The position numbers and the translations under genes are program-made. The notes beneath the pieces were generated by a model, which had not been told where the DNA came from, ran no database searches, and worked only from the letters and a program-made list of their open reading frames with translations. A stretch of 63,488 nt of DNA, counting the filler, from Octopus bimaculoides (Eukaryota), in the NCBI RefSeq assembly GCF_001194135.2. It is 4 parts of 2 records of this genome, joined end to end, with 100 filler letters (N's around TTAATTAATTAA, not from the genome) between each part and the next. Parts side by side here need not be neighbours in the genome. Positions count along the whole stretch, not along the records: positions 43,055 to 55,082 come from NC_068987.1; positions 55,183 to 63,488 come from NC_068987.1; 2 more parts are not named here. One strand, written 5' to 3'. Of this stretch, positions 49,778 through 61,680 are shown one piece after another. Position 1 is the stretch's first letter. The number at the start of each line of letters is the position of its first letter.

Positions 49778-50496
49778 GACAGACAAGTAAAGTTAGGAAG
49801 TCAGCTGCTATATATATATATATATACATATATGCATATATATACATNNNNNNNNNNNNNNNNNNNNNNNNNNNNNNNNNNNNNNNNNNNNNNNNNNNNN
49901 NNNNNNNNNNNNNNNNNNNNNNNNNNNNNNNNNNNNNNNNNNNNNNNNNNNNNNNNNNNNNNNNNNNNNNNNNNNNNNNNNNNNNNNNNNNNNNNNNNNN
50001 NNNNNNNNNNNNNNNNNNNNNNNNNNNNNNNNNNNNNNNNNNNNNNNNNNNNNNNNNNNNNNNNNNNNNNNNNNNNNNNNNNNNNNNNNNNNNNNNNNNN
50101 NNNNNNNNNNNNNNNNNNNNNNNNNNNNNNNNNNNNNNNNNNNNNNNNNNNNNNNNNNNNNNNNNNNNNNNNNNNNNNNNNNNNNNNNNNNNNNNNNNNN
50201 NNNNNNNNNNNNNNNNNNNNNNNNNNNNNNNNNNNNNNNNNNNNNNNNNNNNNNNNNNNNNNNNNNNNNNNNNNNNNNNNNNNNNNNNNNNNNNNNNNNN
50301 NNNNNNNNNNNNNNNNNNNNNNNNNNNNNNNNNNNNNNNNNNNNNNNNNNNNNNNNNNNNNNNNNNNNNNNNNNNNNNNNNNNNNNNNNNNNNNNNNNNN
50401 NNNNNNNNNNNNNNNNNNNNNNNNNNNNNNNNNNNNNNNNNNNNNNNNNNNNNNNNNNNNNNNNNNNNNNNNNNNNNNNNNNNNNNNNNNNNNNNN

Positions 50497-50548
<52 letters not shown>

Positions 50549-51856
50549 TCATTCCTGTACACACAGTTTCTGGCACCGCAGAAAATCTCGGAGCAATATT
50601 TCCATAGCAGCTAGAATCAATAGACGCAAACACGCGCGCGTGCGTGCGTGTATGTGTGCGCTTGTGCATGCGTATGTTCGTGTGCACTCATGTGCATATG
50701 TGAACTTCTAAGTAATTCTTGTGTATAAATCGTGCGGCTTTTTATGCTCGTATGTGTGCACATTCTTCTGTCACCATAATTAGGTAAATAGATAACTAAT
50801 ATTATATTAATTAACTAGCTTATGATGAACTTTAATCATTCCGGATACAAATAATTAATCAGACTAAATTACACATAAACACATATAAACGAAGCAGAAT
50901 CTGCATCATTAACTTAATTAATCTCAAATAGCGTGCTGGATTGCACAACAGAAATGCTAGAGCAAAGGAAGAACAACTGAAGCATGTACACTGTGGTCAA
51001 CAACCAGAAATTATTGCTTTACTATAAACCTAGGAGGTAATGAGCCTTGAAGAAATGCCTTGGCCGGCTAGAAATTGCAGACACATCTTGCATTATGACT
51101 TGTTGTCTTAAAGACACTTTGGATGATAATGACGTCTAGGGTAAAAATCAAATAAAAAGATAAGAAGCAGAAAATACTGTACACCTGAAAAATAGATAGG
51201 ATAGTCATTGTTAGAATGTCTCTGTCAGAGCAGATGTTAGATAATCAACAATAACTGGCATACGAGAAACCAATAAGGGTCTAAGAATGATGGAAGGACC
51301 TAATAAATATTTCATGCAAGTGTAATACAAATAAAACGTTACGGGGCCCCAGAAGGAACATTCATTAAATTATGTAATATTTTACTGTTATTTCTATTCG
51401 GCCACAGTATTTCATGGAGGCGCTCTTCTATTTGTTGGCTCCGTAGTATGTCAATTATATACTGTATTTGAAAAGCAAGATGGTCGGTTGCAATGATTTT
51501 GATCAGAGATCTTGTTCGTTTGAGGCAGGACTGTTCTTAAAACCAGTGAAAACTCTAACGCTAAAATCAAATAGACGCTAAGAAAGAATAGTAGTTCGTT
51601 CAGACTGCAACACATCACGCTATGAACTACCGCATGTGGAGTGTAAACATAAACTACACTATGCAGGAATATCGTTTATCAAGAATAATTGCGACTGACA
51701 CTGATACATCAGTCATTCATTTGACAATCTCTATGCCATATACAAGTCTTGTCTGTGAAACATCAGCATAGTCGAGATGGTATGTTTTCTTCTCTTACTC
51801 TTGTTTTTTGCAAACATCTTCAAAATGACTTTCTAAAATGAAATTCCATTATGCAG

Positions 51857-51927
51857 CTGAGGAGTACATTTTCATTGTGCATCCTGTGGTGTTCTCACTA
51901 CTTGAATAAATGGAGCTTGTACGAAAC
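51857..51927 (+). CDS. Candidate exon downstream of a 77-nt GT-AG intron (51780-51856)
   Basis: ATG|gtatgt ... ttatgcag|CTG ... AC|gtacgt. Joining gives MLRSTFSLCILWCSHYLNKWSLYE. Confidence 0.25.
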
Positions 51928-51979
51928 GTACGTACTGATATAACCTATTGTATTTATATGTAGGTATGTACATAGGGAC

Positions 51980-52034
<55 letters not shown>

Positions 52035-52679
52035 CTTATGTACGTATATACATATATATTTATATATATATACATACACGCATACACACATACAAATACA
52101 CACACATACAGATACACACACACACGAGGACACACGGACAAACACACACTGAAACCTTCCTATAAGTAGGATATCGAAAAATTCATTTGTTCACCAACGT
52201 GTATGCATTTGGTGATATTTACATATTTCTGTCAACAACTCTCTTCATCAAGAATCTAGATCTATCGATTCCCCAGCCAGTCGATGATGAAACGATATAG
52301 TAGCATTTTATTTATCGCACACAAACCTGATAGATACAGTGAACTTTTGAAATGTCTGAAGTCAGATCTCGGTGTCCATTTACCATCAGAAGTTCAAGTC
52401 GGACATCAATCGCGTTAAACCGGCCAACCAGACAGACAGATTCTGAAAAGGTCTGCAAAGGTTAAAAGTTTCGGCCGCTCTTTGCTACGTCGGACTAAAA
52501 TTGGAAATAAGATATCCAGTTTCGATATGAGTCCGTTGCTAGTTGAGTTTTGCTGTTGTTGCACTTTGAATCTGGTTGTTGTTGTTGTAGTTGGTGGTGC
52601 TGCTGTTGTTATTGTTGTTGTTGCTGTTGTTGTTGATGTTTTTGCTTCTTGAGCTTTGTTCGATATTTATTAAAGAGAC

Positions 52680-52750
52680 CAGTGTTTCTCAACGGGGTCG
52701 ATATGACCGTTGGGGGCCAATAGAACCCTTGAGGGTTTACTTAAGATTCC
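52680..52750. mobile_element. hAT-like terminus fragment
   Basis: CAGTGTTTCTCAAC terminus with no partner end seen. Confidence 0.35.
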
Positions 52751-52796
52751 GTTGTTAGAATATATTTGCCCTAAATTGGTTATACTTCTACAATTC

Positions 52797-53142
52797 TTTT
52801 ATTCTTTTACTTGTTTCAGTCATTTGAGTGCGGCCATGCTGTAGCACCGCCTTGAAGGGTTTTATTCGAACAGATCTACCCCAGGACTTATATCTTAACC
52901 CCAGCATTTATTCTATCGGTCTCTTTTGTCGAATCGCTAATTTACGAGGACGTCAGCACACCAACACAGGGAGTCAAACGGTGATGGGTGGGAGCAAACA
53001 CAGACACAAAAGCACACACATACACACACACAAGACGGGACTCTCAGTTTCCGTCAGATAAATCCGCTCACAAGACTTTGGTCGGCCCGAGGCTATAGTA
53101 GAAGATACTTGCCCAAGCTTCTTACCACACAGCCACGCCTGC
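52797..53142 (-). mobile_element. SINE family A with a deletion in the head
   Basis: Reverse complement of the family; gcccaag|cttcttacc junction. Confidence 0.85.
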
Positions 53143-53191
53143 TAGCTCCAAAAGTGTTTTTTATTCTTTCTCTGTTTATTTCCTCGCGTTC

Positions 53192-53227
53192 CTTTCTGTT
53201 GAAGAGCGTAGGCTCGAAACGTAAAAG
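53192..53227 (+). ncRNA. Minimal hammerhead-like motif with a variant core
   Basis: CTTT/AAAG stem I; CTGTTGA plus an extra A; GAGC-GTAG-GCTC stem II; GAA-ACGT-A with loopless palindromic stem III and GUA triplet. Confidence 0.5.
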
Positions 53228-53844
53228 AATTTCTCAATTTTCCGAGCGTTAAACTAATACACTTGTTTGTTGTTTATACACCTGTCTTTGTCTTGTTTTT
53301 CTGCAAATTTCAGCCATATATCTATATNNNNNNNNNNNNNNNNNNNNNNNNNNNNNNNNNNNNNNNNNNNNNNNNNNNNNNNNNNNNNNNNNNNNNNNNN
53401 NNNNNNNNNNNNNNNNNNNNNNNNNNNNNTATATATATATATATATTGTAAAAACATTAATGAACAGTATATCAGTCGACCAGGATCTAACAAAGGTAAA
53501 GAAGCGGTTCTCCATTAGATATCCCGAAAATGTTAGTCTTGGATGGGTGGTGGGGAAATGCCTACAGTTTTTATTACATTGAGGAAATGGAAATTGGGAC
53601 GCTTCAATACATGTCAGCGGTTTGAGAGGAGATAGGCGTTCATAAACTTCCGTTATATGATTTTTACTTCATCAGCTAAGCGGGATATTTAATCACTGAG
53701 AGTGCGCAAGGACTCCACGGGTTGTTAGTTATATGGCTACGTATCCGTGAATTAATCAAAGGGTAAAAACTACACAGATACATACATCCAAATATGTAGA
53801 CACACACACACACATGTATATAATACATTTATATNNNNNNNNNN

Positions 53845-53904
<60 letters not shown>

Positions 53905-54201
53905 ATATATGTATGCATGTATTATTAGCTTTGCTCTCATCCACTGTATACTTTTCTCACTCTCATTTTCTCTCTCTCTCTCTCTCTCTCTCATTCACTC
54001 TNNNNNNNNNNCTCATTTTCTCTCTCTCTCTCTCTCTCTCTCATTCACTCTCTCTCTCTCTCTCTCCCTCCCTCATTCACTCTCTCCCCTCTTTTGCTGT
54101 GACTCTTCTACTAAACTTACCCGTTCCCTCTCTCTGCCTCTTCCTTCATTTCTCTATCTATCTATTTATCTATCTTATCTATTTGTCTGTCTATGTCTAT
54201 C

Positions 54202-54253
<52 letters not shown>

Positions 54254-54559
54254 TCTATCTGTGTGTGTATGTTCGTGTGTGCGTGCATATACATGCTTAT
54301 ATAGGTATCTATATAAATATTTGCATAGATTGATTGATTGATTGATTGGTTGGTTGATTGATTGATGGATTGGTTGGTTGATTGATTGATTGATCGATTG
54401 ATTCTCAAGCACACATACGTGTGATGATAAATGTGCGTGCGTATTGATGTCTGTTCCGTTCCTTTCCAATACAAAAATAAAAAATGACATTATTATTCAC
54501 AGCAAATAGGGTTTCAATGAAACACTAAGATTTAGCACGAAAACTAGAAAAAAGCAAAA

Positions 54560-55082
54560 AACAAAAACAAAAAACAAAATGAAAGCATAAATCATCATCG
54601 TCGTCGTCGTCGACATTATCATTGTCACCATCATCATCCTTACCACCACCAACACCATCATCATCATCATCGTCATCATCATCATCATCATCATCACCAT
54701 CACCACCAGAACCATCACCACCACCATCATCATCAGCAGCAGCACTATCATCATTATCATCATCGTTGTCATCACCACCAACACCATCATCATCACCACC
54801 ACCACCACCACCACCACCACAGCTACTAACAAACACCACACCCCCACCCCTTCATCAGCATCATCATCATCACCACCACCGCCACCTCCAAAACTGCAGC
54901 CACCACCATCATCGTCACCATCATCATCATGACCACAAACATCCTTCACCACCACCACCACTACCACTACTTCCACCACTACTACCTCCGCCACCACCAT
55001 CACCACAACCACCACCACTACCGCCACCACTACCTCCACCACCACCACCACCATCATGATCATCATGATCATCATGATCACC
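54560..55082. repeat. Compound (CAT/CAC)n trinucleotide tract
   Basis: Direct inspection. Confidence 0.95.
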
Positions 55083-55543
55083 NNNNNNNNNNNNNNNNNN
55101 NNNNNNNNNNNNNNNNNNNNNNNNNNTTAATTAATTAANNNNNNNNNNNNNNNNNNNNNNNNNNNNNNNNNNNNNNNNNNNNGTATGCATGGGCGACTGC
55201 TGGTCTTCCATAAACAACCTTGCCCGGACTTGTGCCTCGGAATGTAACTTTTTAGGTGGAGTCCCATGGTTATTCATAACCAAAGGGTGGTCTTTTTACC
55301 TTTTTTTACATTAAGTATGTGATATTGATAATGTTAACATTGCAGAGTTGTTTCAAATATAAAATTTGAAAAATTATAACATTTGGCTTTATATTAGTTT
55401 TCAGTATTGAGTCTGTTGCTTTTGAATTTATAATTCTAATATTTTCTTTTCCTTAAATATCTTTAATAACAGGCCTAGTCTGGGTTGAAATCCTGCTATA
55501 ATCAACTGTGAGAAGGATATGGGGACCTTCTCATAACAGACAT

Positions 55544-55597
55544 AGTGTTTACAAACGTCCAAGTGTTTACAAACGTCCAAGTGTTTACAAACGTCCA
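55544..55597. repeat. Three perfect copies of the 18-mer AGTGTTTACAAACGTCCA
   Basis: Direct inspection. Confidence 0.95.
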
Positions 55598-56280
55598 ATT
55601 TGCAGTGCTGGACTAAAAATCTATAGATATGTTCTGTAGTACATTACAATCACCGTAATACATAATATCGGCTACCCCGCCCCCAAAAAACAAACAAACA
55701 AACGGTATCTTCTGTAGTGTATTATATCAAGATTTAAGGTACATTTACGAAAGTGAAGTAGATCTCTTTATAGGGTATCAACAAGTATAATAAAGATTAC
55801 AAGTTATTGTTTAGCTTTAGTTGGCCTACTCGCATAGCCAGCGGTCTGGCTGCTCCAATAATGCGAGAAAGCGCATTGTGACTAACGGTGTAAAATCACA
55901 CCCGATTGTCTGGTTGATGCCGTGATATAATAAGATTGTATACACATATTTTATAAATTTGTTATGGACTTGGTATATGTTGAATGAACAACATAATTTT
56001 CTTTTTTGTGCAGATACTGCATCGAGAATTATACTACTTAATACATCCTCTTTCTAAGACGATTTGGTATGATTTGAGGAAGATTGGAGAGCTATATTTA
56101 GCAAATCGAACAACTGTTCAGAAGCTCCTTCGTTAGCTTGCACCCATCTTCATTTCATGTTTATAATTACAAAATAAAACAGTATTTAGGAGTTGTCTCC
56201 CGTAGAACAGCTGGTTCTAATATAGGCCGCAAAAGGCCAGATGTTGATTTATTTTTGTGCTAGAGTTTTGTCGATTAAAT

Positions 56281-56580
56281 CAGTGCTTCTCAAACTATCT
56301 GATGTGGCATACCGGCAGTTTTTTTTCTCCAATGTGCCAGGGATCGGTAATATTTTTTAGTAATATCAATTTATACCGGAAATAATATATTTAATGAATA
56401 TAATAAAAGTTGACAATTTTTTTTTATCTCATTTATTTTGTAAACAAATAATACAATATTACATAAGCATTTTATAAGCATTTTATAAAATTTCTTTCTT
56501 TTTTGGAAATTGCCGCATACCGGCAGCTGATAGCTCGCGGAACGGCAACGGTCCGCGGACCACCACTTTGTGTAGCATTG
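56281..56580. mobile_element. hAT-type MITE (300 bp)
   Basis: Perfect 8-bp TSD GATTAAAT (56273-80 / 56581-88). Imperfect TIRs CAGTGCTTCTCAAA / TTTGTGTAGCATTG. Confidence 0.9.
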
Positions 56581-56767
56581 GATTAAATCAAGGTCAGATC
56601 TTGACCGGTGCTTTTTAAATAATCGACCACAGAAGGATGAAAAGCAAAGTTAACCTCAACGGTAATTTAGAAGGTAAAGAACAAACGCAAATACAACAAT
56701 TCACGCTGACTGGCGCTTATTTTGAAGTGTCTATAACATACTTCATATCTTACTTTACTTGAATATA

Positions 56768-56999
56768 CAGTAGGAAGCCACAAAACTGTGTGTAAAAACC
56801 TGATAAAAATTAATTAAAAACAGCATTCTGTATGTTTTACTGAACGTGGATTGCGACACCAGGGATTTGTTAATCACTGTTTTTCTATTGCAGTACAGGC
56901 TACATTTGTCTAAGCATGCGGTTGTTAGTGGATATTTGCTATTGATGACGCTCAGAGGAGCAGAAATCTGGATTTCGCAATTCCAGCATCACTGCTGGG
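56768..56999. mobile_element. Single end of an unclassified TA-flanked DNA transposon abutting the rosa-like 3' region
   Basis: TA followed by CAGTAGGAAGCCACAAAACTG. It replaces the expected rosa 3' end and no partner TIR was found. Confidence 0.4.
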
Positions 57000-58809
57000 C
57001 GACTTCCACCCGAATAGTTTCCTTCAAATTGTCCAATGTACGGAGCTTATGCGCATACACACGTGCCTTGAGGTTTCCCCACAAGAAATAAATCACAGAT
57101 GGACAAATCAGGGGACCAAGGAATGTCAGCAAACCTGGAAATGAAGTGGTAACCGAAGAGAAGACGAAGAACGTCCATTGATGCTCTGGCTGTGTGGGCC
57201 GTCGCCCCATCCTGCTGAAACCACACACGGAGAACGGGCATACGTTTTCGTTGTAATTCAGGCACAAAGAAGTTGTTTATCATCTCAATGTAACGCTCGG
57301 AGTTCACAGTAACGGCATTTCCATTATTGTCTTCAAAAAAGTAATGACCAGTGACGGCAGCTTTTCCAACAGTACACCAGACCGTCACTTTTGGGCTGTG
57401 CAGTGGTCTTTCGTGCAGTTTTCTTGGATTTTCAAGAGCCCAGTTACGACAGTTCTGTTGATTCACCATGCCACTGAGATGAAAATAAGCTTCATCACTC
57501 ATTAACAAAATGAGGTTGTTATTTGCCTCAAAAATCGTTTCTATCTACATGTGAAGTTAAAGCATCTGTGCATAGTCTCAAGGTTTCAATTATTGCCCAG
57601 TGATCAATTTGTACGGGTGGAAATACATGTTTTCATGCAAAATATGCCTTACCGATCGATTACCGATGCCAAGTTCTGTGGAATGCCTCCGAGCAGAGCG
57701 ATTCGGATTCCATATCAAAGCTTGTCTGATGCGTTCTACATTTTCCGGGGTTCGTACCTGTAGTGGCTCGTAGTTAAAATTAGTTGCTGCTTCAGAACAT
57801 TTTTAGCGGTTGTTTTAATATTGTGTAAAAGCAAACAAACATATTCAAAGAAAATGTATACATAAACTTGATCGGTTCGCGTTTTAGCCATTGCCGAGTA
57901 GTGTGTTTAATTTGTTCACTGAACACTGCCTCGAATTCCCCCTTGTTTTTCAAAAATACCCCCTAAATCACAAAATAAAGGGGGGAAATGTGTCCTATTT
58001 TTCAAATCCTGCCAGCAACGCTGAAGCTGGAAGCAGGTTAATAATCTAATTCTACACTTTATCTCATTCAAGAATATAAACAGGTCTTTAAGCACAACAC
58101 ACACGGAGTCAAAAAGGAACATTACCTTCGTCCGGTACTGTCGTTCACGCAGTGCTCTCTCTCTCTCTCTCTCATGTGAAGCTTCTTATCTCGGACATGT
58201 GAACATGCTCACAACAGCCAAACAGCCAAAACAGCTGGAACTGTGAAGCGCACAGTTCTATACAAGGATTTTTATATTCTTTTCATAAACTAGGGGATGG
58301 CTACTGACATTAAGCTTAAGGATTATATAATGTACAAGTATAAAGAAAGAATTAAAGAAAAAGGACCCATTATATTGAATGGTATCGATAATATCGAGTG
58401 GAAATAGTGGGTGCTGCAGTTTTGCAATTCCTATACACGAGCCGCCTCTGGTCCGTACCGTTCGTGGCGCCTCCACTGGTCTTCTGTTCATTAGTGTACC
58501 TCGAGTACGAAGTGCATTCACCCAACGTAAGATTGTGTTACGGGTGGGAACAGCCTGATTTCAGTGAATGTTGAAGTGGCGCTGAAACTTACGCTGAACA
58601 GCTATGACAGACTCGTTATTCTTCACGTAACTGTCGTAGGCAAACACGCGATGCTCTATCGTCCACAGCGCCATGGATTTACTTGAAAAGAAAAAAGAAA
58701 AAAATGCTAAGACACCACGGACCGAATGGTAACAGTCGGACATATGTCTCTCCCTTTGGGGATGAGTAATGGCCATTTCAAAGACGTCGGTCCTCTCTGC
58801 CCCACCCTG
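57000..58809 (-). mobile_element. rosa-like (DD41D-type) Tc1/mariner transposon relic interrupted by a nested hAT element
   Basis: TA plus TIR CAGGGTGGGGCAGAG at 58809. Peptides MALWTIEHRVFAYDSY..PTRNTILRWV, VRTPENVERIR..FHPYKL, MSDEAYFHLSG..PLHSPKVTVWC..WFQQDGATAHT..SPDLSICD. Spacing is 38 as read and 41 if a deleted PPR is restored (inference). The 3' TIR is missing. Confidence 0.85.
57758..58450. mobile_element. Non-autonomous hAT-like element nested in the rosa-like transposase
   Basis: 8-bp TSD gttcgtac (57750-57) / gtccgtac (58451-58). Imperfect 14-bp TIR CAGAGGCGGCTCGT. The transposase reading continues across the insertion. Confidence 0.75.
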
Positions 58810-59193
58810 TACCAACTTGTGCAATTTGAACGACTAACGTCAGCTAATAAAGTTACTTTCGCTACACCCCTCGCTCGTATTGCTCACCCCAGACAATACA
58901 TCTTGTTTAATTTATATATAATGTATATGAAATGTACAGTGTTTAATGCAAGCGAAGACATGGTTGTGTTGTTAAGATCGACACTTGGTAACCGCGTGGT
59001 TTCTTGTTCATTCTACTCAGCACCATCATTATAAACATTTAATTAACATATTCGACTGAAATTGTTGGAGTTAAAACATTTCAATGTTTCTTCGTGTCTA
59101 AAATCAGGTGAAAGCGAGAGTATCTATTTGGGTCAAAAGTAGAGAGTTTCCAGACCAAGAAGTTAAAGTGCTTTCCTATAAAATATAATTAAG

Positions 59194-59576
59194 GGTGGAG
59201 GCGCAATGGCCCAGTGGTTAGGGCAACGGACTCGCGGTCATAGGATCGCGGTTTCGATTCCCAGACAGGGCGTTGTGAGTGTTTATTGAGCGAAAACACC
59301 TAAATCTCCATGAGGCTCCGGCAGGGGATGGTGGCGAACCCTGCTGTACTCTTTCACCACAACTTTCTCTCACTCTTACTTCCTGTTTCTGTTGTGCCTG
59401 TAATTCAAAGGGTCAGCCTTGTCATACTGTGTCACGCTGAATACCCCCGAGAACTACGTTAAGGGTACATGTGTGTGTGGAGTGCTCAGCCACTTGCACG
59501 TTAATTTCACGAGCAGGTTGTTCCATTGATCGGATCAACTGGAACCCTCGACGTCGTAAGCGACGGAGTGCCAACA
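59194..59576 (+). mobile_element. Full-length tRNA-derived SINE (family C)
   Basis: A box TGGCCCAGTGG (59207-17), B box GGTTTCGATTCC (59250-61), 3' stem-loop CGTCG-TAAG-CGACG, perfect 9-bp TSD ATAATTAAG (59185-93 / 59577-85). Confidence 0.93.
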
Positions 59577-59959
59577 ATAATTAAGCAACGAAAGCAAAAT
59601 AATTGTCAGCTATGTACCGGTTAGATACTATAAAATAGCCAGTGTAATGTCATTATTGAATCTGGTTCCACCAGATATTTTAATCAAATTCTGAATTACT
59701 GTGCGCAGAGTACAATTACTATCTGCTCAGATGTATATCGAATGTTAATCAATTTAAGCTAAAACATATAAGACAGTTTACTTCTCTGCATATTTATAAT
59801 CTTCTTCGCATTTGACTTCGTCCTGGTTGTTGTGAAGATGTAAAGCTTAATAAACATGCAGGTCGATACATGTGGAGATGGATACATGTACCAAAAATGT
59901 TTGTGCAGATGGAGACACGTACCGAAAAAATTTGTCGATAAATATACATTTTGTGTACA

Positions 59960-60380
59960 ACTGTACACAAAATCATTCATGAAGATCTGAGCATGCGCAA
60001 CATTCGTGCAGATTTGTTCCTAGGGTGCTCAGTGACGAGCATTCTGGTACCAGACTACTTGACAGAGATCTGTCAAGTAGTCTGTTACCATCAAAACTGT
60101 CCCTTATTCTTTTTACAGTCCAGACCTTGCTCCTTTTTAGTTGTTTTCCAAGCTGAAGAAAACCCCCAGGCACAATCGTTTTGAGGCTGTAACAAGGGTC
60201 TTGGGCACCATGAAGGTACCCAGAACTTCCATGGTGGTTTTCACAAAGTGACTGGAGCGCCACAAATGCAATGGAGTCAGATGATCCTATTTTGAAGGAT
60301 ATTAGAATTTTGTACTTCTTTGAAATTAATAGATGTCTCCACTGAAAAAGTTTGAAAATTTCTACACTTTCACCCTCCGC
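59960..60380 (+). mobile_element. Internally deleted mariner relic
   Basis: TVHKIIHEDLSMR..VPRVLSDE joined to ILVPDYLTE..SPDLAP..LFSKLKK..EAVTRVL..YFEG. Confidence 0.75.
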
Positions 60381-61443
60381 AAAAATGTCCAAATCTTCAT
60401 TAATTTGCTTGCGGGAAGAACTGCTCCAACGAAGTCGCGCATTGTCCTTGCCTTCGAACGTGGAGTAGATGGAACAGGGACAACTGAAGAAGGGAAATAT
60501 TGTTTATGTTGCATGTCTCGTTTCTCTGTTTTTTTCGTTGTTCGAAAAAAGTTCGTCTTCTGTCTTCGTCTTTATGTTTTCGTTTCTCATTGTGTTTAAC
60601 GTTTTTTGTGATGTCCTGTACATATATATGCTTGTATGTATACATATAGATGTCGGTATGTACATATATGTATGGATATATGCATATAATTATATATTAT
60701 TTATGTTATATATANNNNNNNNNNNNNNNNNNNNNNNNNNNNNNNNNNNNNNNNNNNNNNNNNNNNNNNNNNNNNNNNNNNNNNNNNNNNNNNNNNNNNN
60801 NNNNNNNNNNNNNNNNNNNNNNNNNNNNNNNNNNNNNNNNNNNNNNNNNNNNNNNNNNNNNNNNNNNNNNNNNNNNNNNNNNNNNNNNNNNNNNNNNNNN
60901 NNNNNNNNNNNNNNNNNNNNNNNNNNNNNNNNNNNNNNNNNNNNNNNNNNNNNNNNNNNNNNNNNNNNNNNNNNNNNNNNNNNNNNNNNNNNNNNNNNNN
61001 NNNNNNNNNNNNNNNNNNNNNNNNNNNNNNNNNNNNNNNNNNNNNNGAGGACAAGGAAAAATTAGGAGGAATAAGAATAATGAATATAGGAAGAAGAGCA
61101 AGAAAAAACTGAAAGATTAAATATATTTTAGATACATAAAGAAGAAAAATTAAAACAATGTTTAATATATAGTATATGTCGGTTTATTTCGAGGAAACTG
61201 AATATTGAAGCCATGGATGTATATGACAACGTTAAACCGAAGAAAACAAATATGGTGCATTACATTCCTGACAGGAACAACTTAGTATTATTTATGATGT
61301 TGGATTATATATGAACAAGCTGGTATAATTATAGTTTCGTGCCGCATCTCGATTTTGTTTCCTAATAAGTTTTTTTTTTTTTTTTGAATAAGGCATATTT
61401 TTAAATGAAACTTTGCAGATATGTTCTCGAGCGTTGCTATACC

Positions 61444-61680
61444 TTTTATATTTTACTTGTTACAGTTATTGGACTGCGGCCATATTTGGGCACCACCTTG
61501 AAGAATTTTTAGTCGACCGAATCGACCGCTGTACTTACTATTCTCTTTTTTTTGTAACGCTTGGCTCTTATGGTGTCGGTATCTTTTGCCGAACCTCTTA
61601 GTTACGGGGATGTAAACACACCAACATCGGTTGTTAAGCGATGGTGGGGACAAACACATACACAAAGACACACACACATG
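61444..61680 (-). mobile_element. SINE family A, 3' half
   Basis: Reverse complement; runs into (CA)/(TATG)n and a gap. Confidence 0.8.

Noticed and set aside
52400-52660. Minus-strand Thr/Gln-rich open frame
   Set aside because: Driven by (CAA)n repeats; no start codon or convincing splice sites.
55544-55597. Short direct repeats as a CRISPR-like array
   Set aside because: Eukaryotic context, no spacers, plain tandem repeat.
59198-59270. SINE heads as tRNA genes
   Set aside because: A and B boxes are present but there is no closed acceptor stem or terminator, and each continues into a SINE body.
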